From Carcharhinus longimanus (lineage: Eukaryota), in the NCBI GenBank assembly GCA_030264375.1, contig JASCQW010000001.1, positions 118,627,304 through 118,691,303 of the forward strand: DNA of 64,000 bases, in the 5' to 3' direction. How positions within the stretch are numbered: the stretch's first letter is position 1; every line of letters starts with the position of its first letter. Under the pieces are notes generated by a model that saw nothing but the letters and a program-made list of their open reading frames with translations, made no database searches and had not been told where the DNA came from. This document shows positions 24,602 through 37,906 of this stretch, piece by piece. The position numbers and the translations under genes are program-made.

Positions 24602-26065
24602 TAATTAAAGAACATCTCAGAGCATGAGTAAAACTAAACAGGTGAACATTAGGAAAAATGTGAATGAACTTGGGAATGACCAAAGGCATGGTCAAAGAGA
24701 TGAGTTTTCAGAGTGTTTTTAAAGACAGAGAGCAAAGAGATAAAAGTAAAATGCATTAGGTGGAGAGACCAGAAAGAAGAGGTATAATGGCTGAAAAGTT
24801 GGTTTCAGATAGTGGAATAAGGAATGAATAGTAATTAAGAATGGGAGGAACACAGATGGGTCATATTGTTGGGGACATTTTGCTAAGTGGAGTTAGGTCA
24901 GGCTGTGCAGCAATTTGTAAGGGAAAATGAGGATCTTGGCCAGGGGAGAAGGATTAGGGTTGAGGGTTGGGACAGCTTTAATAATTGTAAGTCAGGGGGA
25001 GTCAGGCCACAGGGTTTGGGAGCAGCAGTAATGCCCTGTGATTATTGGTGTGGAGCTCAGTAAGGCAAGCATCAGACACATGGACTGGAATTTGATACCC
25101 TTTCTCCAATCACGTCAGATGGCCTGCAGGAATCTCGATGTCCTAATGAATGGGCATCGGCCAAAAAGCTCCTGATGGCTGTGAGGGCCCTAGGGAGTCA
25201 TCCAACCAGTTGATCCCAATCGGGTTCCTGTCCAGAGTAAGCGGCAAACCAATAAGTACACAAACCCGCTAATTTAAAAGTCATTAGCACGTTTGACAGG
25301 CCATTCACCAGCTTCCTGCCATTCAACTGGGCATGCCTGCAGAAACAGCACCAGGTGGGTTTTACATGTGCCACCCACAAGCAGGAACATGGCATGCTGG
25401 ACCCTGACAGCAGAGGGAAACACAACCAACCCCTCAGAAGAGAGGCATTTTCTCCCCCAACCACTCAAATCACAGGCCACATCCACAGGGAAGCATGAGA
25501 GGTTTGTTGTCTTCACTTGGATTCTCGGGGTCCAGCAGGACATGTTCCTGTAGTGCATGTAAAGCTCACCTGGTGCCGTTCCAGCCACCTACATTTATTT
25601 TCATTTCCCTTCACAATTGAATGCACTGCAAGTACTCCATTAATCCTGACCACAGAATCCAAGCCTGATTGACAACCTGTGGTAACACTTCGCCTTTTGC
25701 AAACTACAAACATTTTGAAGAAAGGGGGGCACTGAGTGGGGAGTCTGGGGGAATTGATCAGGTTTTGTGACGTATGTGAGTGAAGGTGGGGTTGGGGTTA
25801 CCCATTATTTATGGGGGAATGTCCCTTTTTGTGAGGGGTGGATGGTGCTCACCTAGGGGTGGCACCATTTCATTTTTTTGTGGCGGGGTGGGAGCAATCA
25901 GTCTGAGTGCGAAGATTGGGGCGCCCTTTAAAAATGGCAGCCCAGTCTCGGAACAGTGGGGCTGGCCAGTGCGTTAATCGAAATTATTTCATTAACATCT
26001 TTCAGGTGGGTGCACTCCATCTGAAAAACACTGCCACGCCACATTCTGGTGTTCCCACTGACATG

Positions 26066-26200
26066 GGCACTTAGTGCGGAATTTTACCACCCTGCCCGCC
26101 ATGAGAATTGTAGTGGGCAGGACACGGACCATGCAAAGGTCCATTGAGCTTGGGCGGTGCTTTCCCGACTTTGGGCGAGCGCAGCCATTAAACCTTGCCC
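26066..26200. mobile_element. Short MITE-like element, inverted homolog of 47084-47210
   Basis: accatgcaaaggtcca here versus tggacctttgcatagt at ~47141. The ends resemble imperfect TIRs. Confidence 0.5.
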
Positions 26201-29200
26201 TAAGTCCCAATATGAGAAAATCGGGCCCAGGAAGCTGTGAAATTACTCAGGCATAAGATTGAATGGACAGTTTGATAGTACAACAGCACATAAATAAATG
26301 GAATTTGTGCATGTATCAGAAGAATATGTGCTTCTAGTTAATATTACTGAGGGCTTGCATGCAGACAATAATTGGAAGGAGAAAAACTGTAGACACTGAA
26401 GGAGGAGCAGTCTGAAGAAATATGACATAATTTAGGATAGAGAGGAGTGGAAAAATGAGAGGGCAGCATCATGAATGCTGACTGTGAAAAGGTNNNNNNN
26501 NNNNNNNNNNNNNNNNNNNNNNNNNNNNNNNNNNNNNNNNNNNNNNNNNNNNNNNNNNNNNNNNNNNNNNNNNNNNNNNNNNNNNNNNNNNNNTGGAGCA
26601 GGAAGGTATCATCAATAGATCAATGAAAGGAAAATGACACAGCCTTGTGTGGAGTTACTTAAGGCCTCATTGATGATTATTGTCTTGGCTTAGTGGACAA
26701 TCAGATAGGAAGAATTCAACAGACAGTGATGAGGAAAATGAGAAACTGGAAGGATAACAATACTGCAGTTAAAAAATTCATGGAACAAGGAAAAGTTAGA
26801 AACAAGACAATAGCTTAAAAAAGATGGGAAAAGTCAATGCTGGGCTTTTTTAATGAGAGAGTAATGACAGTGGAGCTGAAAGGAATGGGGATGATACCAG
26901 ATGATAGGAAACAGTTGGTGATGTGGAAGAGAATATCAAGGAGGAGAACATGAAGAGAAATTCTAAAGCATAGAGGCTGGTCAGGATGAGTTGAAAGGAA
27001 GGTTGAAAGGTTTGTGGGAAGGAGAAGAAACAGAGCTAGCAGAACCTATGGTCTTAATGTTTGCGATGAAGAAATCTCAGGCTGGATTTCTCAGGAATTT
27101 CCTTGGAGGATCAGGATATGATTCCTGCCAGTCATCCCAACCCTGCAGTGAACCAAATCCAAACTGCCTGGTTGTGTTTAATTTAAGTGGCAATGCTCTC
27201 AATGGGAAGTCCACTGGAAGGACAGACGTCATCATTCAAGCCCTCAGGTTGGATGTGTCATTTTCTTTTAGGTCGCTGGCTAGGTCAGATTCTAAAATAA
27301 TGCACTAGAGACTATCAGCACACTTCTGTCAATCACAGAAGTTGAGAACAGTGCCAAATGGGGACAACTTGTCTCAACAAGACTCCCTAAGAGCATTGCC
27401 ACTTAAATTATTCATAAAGGGTGGAAAGGGACAGCTGATAGCCTGAAAATAAAAGAAAGGTATTTGTCAGAATCAGAATATGATTATTGCACTAATCCTG
27501 AGCTCAATGGTTAGCTGTGCAAAAAGTGGCGTGGTTTGGATTAGTCGAAAGAGAGTGGGAGGAGGACACATGGAATATGAATGAATACAAACAGCCACCT
27601 GTTCGGCAGAGTGGCCTGTTTCTGTGTTGTAAATTTTAGTAAGAATTTGATGCAGACTGCAGAATTGGTGCTAAGGTTTGAGAGCCTGATCTTCAGCCTA
27701 TGCTCCCTTTGAGTGTGGCACTTCACTGGGAACGTGATCGAATGCAACTTCAGTTATTTAGAAACAGTTGCTAAGATGATGTGCTCTGAGATATTTTATA
27801 CTTCAGAGATTTTAGTAATTGCAGTTTTTTTTACAATGTCAGTGAGTTCTATGCAAGTTTACTAGACTCACACTTGATTGACTATCTTTCACATACATTT
27901 TGATTGACAGTCTTTAACATACAGCTGGCCAAATGTGTCAAATAACAGATTCTTTGAAAGCTTTCTTTAAAAAAAATGCACGACTGATCCACCTTGATCA
28001 TGCAGTACAAACTGCAAAAACTAATTTGGTGCTGGATCAATAACATTATTTTTTTTTTAATTATGGTGTACAATTTTGGCAGCAGATGAAGGATTAAGAT
28101 GTACCTCATATTAATAACTGAAAGTAGCAAAATACAACATGTTGTTAATACCACATTTTGAATCCCTTACAGCAAACCCATCTAACCTAATTCCAACTGG
28201 CATCCAGCCAAATCACTAGGAGTTTGCACTCAATATTAACAGTTGCCCTTGAAAACGAGTTCCACAACCAAATTCTGACCAGCATGTGAAAAGATTTGAT
28301 AGGAGCCAAAGGGTGGAGTGCATAAAATGCACTATTTATTTTGGCTGGTTTTAAAATATATATTAATCATCAAGTGCTCACAACAGGTACCAATCACAAC
28401 TCACATCATGAGGCAAAATGATCACTGTTAAATGTGGTTTCACATTTTATAATTCAATTTGATATTTGATAAATATAGTCAGATTTGGACAATGTCTGAC
28501 TATATATATCAAATATCAGCATCAAGTACTCAGATCATACATAAGTTAGATACAGAGGAAAGCTAATTACACTATCCTAGTGATGAAAGGTACTTCTTCA
28601 GCTTACATTAATTGAGGAGGCAAAACTTCTATTTAACACAGTGTACATTCAACACTAGAAGGGTATTGCTCCAGTTTGTCATTTTAAGCTTCCCTTACAA
28701 GATAAACTTGCCATGTGGGTTCTTTCAATCGCTTGTTGCAACTTCAGCACTTTATTATGTTCAAAATACCTCTTCTTTCAAAGTGTAAATAAGCTGTTTA
28801 GTGTTCTATAGATTAAATATAATTACAGGAAGAACAAAGACTTATGGTATTTCCATTTGTTATAAACTGTCAACGATTTTACAGCACTTCATAGCTGACT
28901 TGTCAAATGCTGTCCTCTGCAATTTTACACAATAGAAAAGCCAAATAAATATATTTGCGTTCTTGATACAGTAGCATTTATTTTCATTTTTAACTGGTGG
29001 CAGGAATGGGGGCACATCAGAAAGTTTGATGACGTGGAGACTGCCAATTTTAACTCCAGAGCTGCAATAAGATAAATATTCCTGGAGCCCAAACCAGACG
29101 CTCAACAAGATTCATTATCTGATTAATGGGTGGAGTTGTAACATGGTGCAAAAAACTGTAGCTAAAGCCAGATGGGAGGGAAATTTCTGTGTGATCTGGA

Positions 29201-29655
29201 TCAAGAAAGGCTGGGATTGAGGAGGCTCAAAAGCTCCTTGTACTCTTCCTGAGATCATTAGAGATATTTCTGGGGGACTTACCTTAGGTTCTTCTGGCCC
29301 CTTGGCATCTCCTGCAATGCTTCTACTGCCAGGCACAGATGGTGTGGGGTTCTGGTGTCAATGACACCATCACGCTTTGACTTACGAACAGCGACCCCCC
29401 ACCCGCCCCCAGCCTTTGCAGTGAAGCTGGTCGATTGCATGATTCACCATCTTAAAAGGTACGATCTCTGGAAATAGCTTCAGTTTTAACTCCTTCCCCA
29501 CTTACCTTCTCAGTGAGACACCTAAAATTCCTGTCATTATCTTGTTACACATATTTTTGGTATGTATGGTTAGCCCAACCATAGCCCCTGTAACTGGTAG
29601 TAATATTGAAAGAAGCGTAGTTGGTAGAATTATTTTTTAATAATCATAAACTTAC

Positions 29656-29783
29656 TATCTTCACTCTGTGGCCTGGAGTTGCTGAGATCTCCCACGTACA
29701 TTCTTTGCGGCTAGGGTATTTATCAGGCCAATTGGGACTCGTGATAATTCCAGTGGCACTGTAGATCTTGTGTTCACATTCAG
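29656..29783 (-). CDS. TLL1: Tolloid-like 1 exon, CUB4 N-terminal part ([43 protein letters not shown])
   Basis: Read by hand. Acceptor ttttctgtcag|CT, donor ATA|gtaagt, 128 bp, phase 1 to 0. Confidence 0.95.
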
Positions 29784-30069
29784 CTGACAGAAAACAAGAG
29801 CAATTAGTTCATGAGCATAGTGACATTATAACTAAGGTCACATTATATAATTAAGCAGGAAGTATTTATTCACAAAAGCATTGTAAAAGGATAAAATATA
29901 AACACTGAAATAAGTAATGAATTATCAATATCTGCAGAATGTACACTGATACCCTGAGAACAAAGACTTTTTGAGAAGCACAAGACTGATCCGAGCATTG
30001 CATTTAATTCGTTTATTTGAACAGCTGTATTTTTATCTCTTCTACGCTCCAGCAGTCTGTATAGCAAAT

Positions 30070-31140
30070 GAACCTATGAATTAGGAGCAGGTCATTTGGT
30101 CCCACAAGTCTGTACCCCCATTTACTGAGACCATGGTTGATCTGACTGTAACCTCAAGTCCACATTCCTGCCTATCCCTGATAAACTTTTACCCTCTTCT
30201 TATCAAGAATCTATTTACCTCTATCTTAAAAATATTCAATGATCACCCCACTCCATCAGCTTGTTAGTACTGTTTTCCTAGCGATTGTAATTTCCTCTCT
30301 CCCATCTCCTGATTTACAGCTATCATTGGAATGTTTGTGTATCCTCTACACTAAAGACAGAAGCAAAATACTGATTCATTTCTACACCATTTCCATATTA
30401 TCTATTAATAATTCCCCATTGTCACTTTCCAGAGGACCAACAGTCGCTTTAGTTACTCTTTTCCTTTCTTAAATTATGGTAGAAACTCTTGCAATCCATT
30501 TTTACATTTCTAGCTAGCTTCTTCTCATTATCCAAATTCTTCCTCTGAACTAACCTTTTAGCCATTCTCTGCCATTCTTTATTTTCAGACTTGCCATACA
30601 CCTTGCCACATTTAAATGCTTTTTTGTTTGAATGTCTTAATTTTTCTTTACAATATACTTATCCTGAGTATTCTGAAATATTCCCTGAAATGTCTGCCAT
30701 GCTTCTCTATCATTTTACCCTCTAGCCTAGTATCTCCGTTCACTTCAGCTAGCTCAGCTTTCGTGTCTGCATAGTTGTTCTTATTAAGTTTAAAATACTA
30801 GTCTCTGACCCACTCTTCTCCTTTTAAACTGGAGTTCAAAATCAATTATTGTGGTTGCTGTTACCTCGGCTTTCACTCTAAGGTCATTAATTAATCCTGT
30901 TACATTACACAATACCAAGCCAAACATAACCTACTCTCTGGTTGGTTCGAGAATGTGCTGCTCGAAAGAAAAAAGCTCTCAAAAGCATTCTATGAATATT
31001 TCATCTAGGTTATTGCTGCCAATCTGATTTTTCCAGTTTATATATAGATTAAAATCACCCATGATTATTGCAGTTCCTTTATCACAAGCATTCTGTATTA
31101 CTTCCAGTATACTTTGTAATACATTGTGGTTACTGGTGGT
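30070..31140 (-). mobile_element. Decayed CR1 LINE fragments
   Basis: CR1-type tail at 30070-30240, followed by degenerate ORF2 sequence. Confidence 0.5.
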
Positions 31141-31265
31141 GACTTCTTTCCCCTACTATCTACGAAAGGGTCTCTGCTGCTTTGGCCTCTATTCACTGCA
31201 TGAGCAATACTAATTCACAGCTGCTGGCCACAGGAACAAAATACCCCAGTACAAAGACAAATTCT

Positions 31266-31473
31266 GTTCTGATGAAAGATCATTGACCTGAAACATTAAC
31301 CCTCGCTGGGATTTTTCTGTCCAGTCCAATTCCCACCAAAAGTCAATGAACTTTTGGCTGCCTCTCCAAATTTTCCGTCCCATCATGGCAGGACTGGAGA
31401 ATCCCAGCCTCTGCTTCTTTCCACAGATGCTGCCTGACTTGCTAAGTATTTCCAGGAGTTTCTGCTTTTATTT
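31266..31473 (+). mobile_element. Penelope-derived short repeat with a hammerhead core, split by a MITE (31305-31409)
   Basis: CTGATGAaagatcattgacctGAAAcattaac, then MITE with TIRs gctgggatt...aatcccagc, then tctgcttctttccacagatgctgcctgacttgc. Confidence 0.65.
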
Positions 31474-31545
31474 ATGAAAAATTTTCAAGATGTGATAATA
31501 GGGCTAAGTTTACAAAATTACATGCCTGACATTCCATCCCTCAGT

Positions 31546-33785
31546 TTGATTTGATTTAATTTGATTTTTTTATCACATGTATTAGTGTACAGTGAAAAGG
31601 ATTGTTTCTTGCACATTACACAGGCGAAGTATATTGTTCATAGAGAAGGAAAGGAGAGAGTGCAGAATGTAGTGTTACAGTCATACTAGGGTGTAGAGAA
31701 AGATCAAATTAATGTGAGGTAGGTCCATTCAAAAGTCTGATAACAGCAGGGAAGAAGCTATTCTTGAAACAATTGGTACATGCCCTCAGACTTATGTATC
31801 TTTTTCACGATGGAAGAAGGTGGGAGAGAGAGTATGTCCAGGGTGCATGGGGTCTTTAGTTACACTGGCTGCTTTTGCAAGGCAGCGGAAAGCGTAGGAA
31901 GTGTCAATGGGTGGGAGGTTGGTTTGAGTGATGGACTGGGCTTCAATCACGACTCTTTGTAATTTCTTGTGGTCTTGGACAGAGTAGGAACCAAACCAAG
32001 CTGTGATACAAGAAATAATGCTTTCTGTAGCGGCTCTGTAAAAGTTGGTGAGAGTTATGGTGGATATGCCAAATTTCCTTACTCCCTGAGAAAGTAGAAG
32101 CATTGGTGGACTTTCTTAACTACAGTCAGAATTCAGGGAGCAGGATAGGTTGTTAGTGATCTGGACACCTAAAACCCGAAGCTCTCGACCATTTCTACTT
32201 CACTCTCATTGATGTAGACATGTGCATGTTCTCCTTTATGCTTCCTGAAGTTCAATGACTATCTTCTTCATTTTGTTGACATTGAGAGATTATTGTCATC
32301 ACATCAGTTCACCAGGTTCTCTATCTCATTCCTATACTCTGCCTTGTCATTGTTCGAGATCCAATCCATTATGGTGATGTCGTCAGCAGATTTGAAAATT
32401 GAATTGGAGGTGAATTTGGCCACATACGTATTTGAGGAGTATAGTAAGCAGCTGAGGACTCAGCCTTGTGGGACACTAGAGTTGAGGATGATCATGGAGG
32501 AAGTATTGTTGCCTATCCCTACTGATTGTGATCTGTGGGTTAAGAAGTTCAGGGTCCATTCACAGAGGAGGAGCCAAAGCGCAGGTCACGGAGTTTGGAT
32601 TTGAGTTTTGTAGGAATAATGGCGTTGAAGGCTGAGCTGTAGTCGATAAATAGGAGTCTGACATAGGTGTCTTTGTTATCTANNNNNNNNNNNNNNNNNN
32701 NNNNNNNNNNNNNNNNNNNNNNNNNNNNNNNNNNNNNNNNNNNNNNNNNNNNNNNNNNNNNNNNNNNNNNNNNNNNNNNNNNNNNNNNNNNNNNATTTCA
32801 AAGCACTTCACAATAATGGATGTCAGAGCCATTTGACAACAGTAATTAAGGCATGCTGCCTGGCTTTTCTTTGGTATTGGGATGATAGTCATCTTCTTGA
32901 AGCAGATAGGGACCTCAGATTGGTGTAAAGAGAGGTTGAAGATGTCTGTGAATACCCCCACCAGCTGGATCTGAGTGCTCATGGTATCCAGGTACTCCAT
33001 CCGGGCCAATCACTTTCCATGGGTTGACCTTTGAGAAGGCTGCTCCGATATCCACAATTGTTACCTCCAATACAGGTTCATCTGAGGCTCCGGAGTGGAA
33101 GGTGTGCTTTAGTTGACCTCTTGCTCAAAACGAGCACAGAATACATTGAACTCATCAGAGAGGAGTGTGTTGGAGCTGGCGATTTTACATGCCTTCATCA
33201 TGTAGCCTGTTGTGTTTTGCAGACCTTGCCATAGTCAGCAGGGGTCCATGTGGCTAGCCTTGATTCTAGCTTAGTCCAGTACTGTCTTTTGGCCTCTTTG
33301 ATGGATCTCCTTAGATCATATCTCGTTTTCTTGTATAGGTCAGGGTGACCTGAATTGAACGCCTCAGAACTAGACTTCAGCAAGTAGTGGATATCCCTGT
33401 TCATCCAAGGTTTCCCATTGGAAACAAGTGGATTTGCTTCTTTGCCACACAGTCTTCTACACTCTTACTAATGAAGTCAGTTACTGTAGTGGTGTACTCA
33501 TTCAGGCTGGTTGCAGAGATTTAAATACCATTCTACTGACTTTAAGCAGTTCTGTACGAGATCATCTGATTCCTCAGACCAACATTGCATGATTTTCTTT
33601 GACGGATTTTCCCATTTCAGTTTTTGCTTGTAAGCCAGGAGCAGGAGCACAGACTTGTGGTCTGATTTGCCAAAGTGTGAGCGTGCGATGGAGCGGCAGG
33701 CATGCATGATATTTATGTAGCAGTAGTTGAGTATGTTTGGGCTTCTGCTGAAACAGGAGAGGTGTTGGTGGTATCTTCGTGCCCA
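31546..33785 (-). mobile_element. Rex1/Babar-clade LINE, 5'-truncated and decayed (end of endonuclease, RT, C-terminal domain)
   Basis: HFGKSDHKSVLL; QLVGVFTDIFNLSL...FKKMTIIPIPKK...ALTSIIVKCFE; RKFGISTITLTNFYR..ESIISCITAWFG. (ATCAA)n-like tail at 31546-31566. Confidence 0.85.
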
Positions 33786-36034
33786 TTCAACAGGCAGCAT
33801 CTTCCTATTCTGACCTGGCAACTGTTAGATGAATGTGCACAAACTCATTTACTCATCTCTTGACAGAAGTGTGCACAAGCATTTTGAATTTGTGCTTGTG
33901 CAAGTTCAAGCACTTGTACAGGGGCTGAATTTTAAGGGCCTTTGAGGACAGTTCAGAGGAAGAAAGACTATAAACATAGAGTGGGGGTAACCTCCTCTCT
34001 TCCCAAATGCCTCCCTCTCACTTCCCACTCTGCCACTTCAGTGAGCAATTAAGAGCGTCTTTCCACCTCTGCTGGCAGTGGCAGGGTAGGGCAGCTTCTT
34101 TTGTGGGCACACTTTGGCCCATAAACAAGATATCCAAGCTTAATGGCCACCCCACACTCCCAAAACAATCAGCACTAACTGTCCTCAATGACCCTCTCGC
34201 CCCCTACTTGCTGGCACCTGCTTGACTAGCTCCAAAACACCCAGGTGCCAGGTTGTGAGGATGCATGTAGATCACTGCATTTTTTTCCTACAGTTTCAAG
34301 CTCAGGACTGCCCACTACATTGCTGGGCTGGCAGTTAATCAAGGAGGCCACAGTCCTTAATACAGTAGTGGGTTTGGTGACAGAAAGTTAATTAACTAAA
34401 GAAACTTAAGACTTGTAAAATGTGACTCTTGGTATTGCAGCCCAGCAAAGCATTAGTTAGTCATGCGACACCTATGTAATAAACACTAGCAAGCTTAATT
34501 TTGCTCTCCTGGTCTTTTAATCTACCTTCTACCATCAAATTTCCTAGTAGCATATAGCATATAGATAAAGTTGTCATTTTTCATTAATGGTTTCACCAAT
34601 TCTTAATAAATTAATGTTCCAGTAAATTCACAAACACATTTCATTTTTACGTAGACAGAATTTTAGCTCAATGGGTCTGTGCTGGTGTATATGTTCTACA
34701 TGGGACTCCTCCCAACTTAGTTTTATCTAACTCCTTCAGCGTAGTAACACCTTAAAATATCTGTTATTTCTCCAGAAAAAAAATGAATCGTGAGATTGGA
34801 AGAAAAATTGTTACTGCAATGAGTAGAAAATAAGGCTTATTTTCCAATTTTGCACTCCTGGCAGGGATCCTAACCACTGGGCACATCTATTGGAAATTCA
34901 ACTGTGCATTGCACATTATTTAACAGCTGTTATGATCCTTCCTGTTACAGATGTGATGAAGCTGAGAACTAACCATTACCCATCGCATATCAAAGGACCT
35001 TGTGAGGGCTCCCTCAGTCCTGTTTCAAATTACATTATTGTATTTTCAAATACTATGATTAATTGTTGGAAATGCTTGGGCAGAATTTCAGTATTATAAT
35101 GGCACTGTTTGATTTTTTATTAAATGAAAGCTTAGCATGAGTTCTTGTGGATGAAGTGATGCACTTGACTGGCCACTATAGTACCCACTGAACCCTCAGA
35201 AAACCGTTTCATGAATACGTGCATTTAAATTGCTGATTTGTTTCTCATTATTGCCTGTAAACTTTAAAACACTTTTGTTCAACAATTTGTACATTAAAAA
35301 ATAGATTTGTTGCTGACTCCATTTTGGAAATAACTTAGGTCAGGAAACTCGTGCATACAAAAGTGAAGCTTCTGTCTAGGGTGTAGTGGATTCCTCACTA
35401 TCTACAAGTTCCACAAAGATTGTTAATAAGAGAAATTTTCTAATAAACTATATAAATGCTATTAACCCCAGTGACCAGTAGTACATTGCAACTGCTGGAG
35501 ATGTTCTTCCAAGTCATTGATAAGGAAACACAAACTGTTTTACCAAACAAGCAGTCAGCTGCATCCCAAATTTCTGTTTTGTAAACTGGAAAATTGAGTC
35601 CATAAATATAAGGCATTTGTGGAATGTTTTGTCAACATCTTTTACAATTGTAGAATTGACAGAACTCTGCACTTGTCAACATGTAATATTTATCATCATG
35701 ATGTTGACATAATGAAAAACGTTCTTGGCATTGCTGTCATTAAAGTGATAGACAGCACTTTAATCATATAGACTCCTTGGAAAAGACCTTGCCTTTGACT
35801 GCATTCAGGTTTCTGACATCACACCAACATCTAACATTATATACAATCACATGAACAACACAGTTTTAGTTCTTATTCAATAGATTTTGATACAGTTAGT
35901 CGGTTTGTGTGCATCATTTTATGATATTCATTATTCCATTATGGAACCATATGTCAAGAAGCTGCAAATTGGTATCCCAGGTTATTTTATTTGTTCTCTT
36001 TCGGTTTAAGCATTAAACAATAGATGTGTTATTA

Positions 36035-36295
36035 TAGAATCCTAGAATTCTACAGTGCAGAAGGAGGCCATCAAGTCTGCACCGATCACAATTCCACACA
36101 GGCCCTATTCCCATAACCCCACATATTTACCCTACTAATCCCGTGGCACTAGGGTCAAATTTTAGCATGGCCAATCAACCTAACCTGCACGTTTTTGGAC
36201 CATGGGATGAAACACATGCAGACACGGGGAGAAAGTGCAAACTCCACACAAACAGTCACCTGAGGCCTGGCATCCCTGGCGCTGAATGCTAACCA
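36035..36295 (-). mobile_element. tRNA-derived SINE just downstream of the EGF2 exon
   Basis: Same core and tail as 3627-3934. Confidence 0.8.
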
Positions 36296-36331
36296 TTTAG
36301 TTCTTGTCTAAGGAATCACAACATCACATAC

Positions 36332-36457
36332 CTTCTTTGCAGTCATGTTTGTTTTCATGTAGTACAAATCCATTTCGACACTGACACACGTAACTGCCTA
36401 CTGTATTGATGCATTCATGTTGACAGCCGCCGTTGTCTTTGGAACACTCATCCTTAT
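36332..36457 (-). CDS. TLL1: Tolloid-like 1 exon, calcium-binding EGF2 ([42 protein letters not shown])
   Basis: Read by hand (not in the ORF track). Acceptor cttcgcag|AT, donor GAAG|gtatgt, 126 bp, phase 1 to 1. Six-Cys cbEGF pattern. Confidence 0.95.
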
Positions 36458-37783
36458 CTGCGAAGAGGTCGAGGAGAGGTCATACAAAATATATTCATGA
36501 GCCGCTAGCCCAAAACATTTTAGGTAAGAATGAAAATACGCCTGTGTGTTCGTCCAGAAGAAGGTAAACTAAAGCACAGGTCGGACTGCCCATTAGTACA
36601 CCTTTTGCTTTAGCTATACCCATTCATTATTAAGCTTGCACTTTCACCTACAATTACCAATCCATCAAGCAGGCCGGAAAAGAAGCTTTTGGATTTGGCA
36701 ATGGCTCCAAGCTTGCTCCTTAGCAAGGAGAACTCTGCTCGTTTAAATCATGTGTAATTTTTAAAGTGCTTGGCAGTGCATTACCTTTAAATGAATCTGG
36801 ACATTTCTTAAACACACAATAAAAGCCAGCAGTAGTTAAGAACTAGAAGTAAAAAATTCTGCTCACTTCAAACAGACCTACTGATCAAGGTGACAGTTTA
36901 GCAAATGATTTTACTTAATTAAACTAATCCCCTAATAAAGGTACAACTGTGTTAGAGGTGAAGCAAATATTAGCACAGAAGAGATAACACCTTGTATCTG
37001 CGTAAAACAGCCACAAAACTCACTACAGGGAGGACAAGCAAAAAATATTATTAGCAGCCATTCCAGTGAGTGGCAGTCAACTCTTGTCATTCTACACGAG
37101 CTTTCATGTCAGGTAAGGGATGGTTCGTCCATTTAATCAAAACTGGCAGACTGTTTCTGACACTCTCAGTTCCATGATGAACTATGCTTTATCACTTCAA
37201 TATGTACAGAAATGAAAGGCACAGGGGACTATTAAATACTAAAACAGGTGGGAGCATTTGAGCAAAATAAAAATTCCCAGTATCTTCAACTTGCTCTGCA
37301 ATCAATCATAAAAATACAAGGAAGGATGAAAAGAATGCCTTGAGCCTGTGATCATATGCATCAACAAATTTTCTTCAGATATTAATAAGAGTAATAAATG
37401 GTTTGCAGGGACTGAAGAAACTAAGGTAAAATGACTGGTTTTCAAAAAGCTTATAAAATGAAAGCAGTTTGGTACATAGAAGATGTATTTCTGTGTAATA
37501 AATCATATTTACCCAGCAACTTTGCTTGCTATCTTTACAAGTTTTGATTGCAAACAACTTAATACATTGTAATTAGTAGAAATGAAATAAGATCTACATA
37601 CATTCTATGTAGGTGAAATATGTAGCTTAAATAAATGAGTTACATGGCAGAAAAATAGTTTTGCTGCTGTTGAACAGAAATCAGTCTGCCAGCTTTGAAT
37701 GGATGCATCAGTCCCCACGTAATGAAAGATCCAGCCCGAAAACTGTGTTAGATGCCAACCAAGCAGACGACATGTGGTCGTAC

Positions 37784-37906
37784 CTCTGAGACTCTCAGAG
37801 GCCACCAGTCTGTCAATAATACGTACTCGGCTGGAAGGGGAAACCTGCATCAAGTTCTTGCAAGATTCAAAAACAAAAATTTTCTCTTTGCATGGTGCTT
37901 CCTTGT
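37784..37906 (-). CDS. Candidate alternative TLL1 exon (123 nt, phase 1-1: DKEAPCKEKIFVFESCKNLMQVSPSSRVRIIDRLVASESLR). The frame stays open to a TAG at 37605 if the donor is skipped.
   Basis: Strong acceptor ttttctttcacag|AC, donor AGAG|gtacga, in frame with both flanking exons. No expression evidence. Confidence 0.3.
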
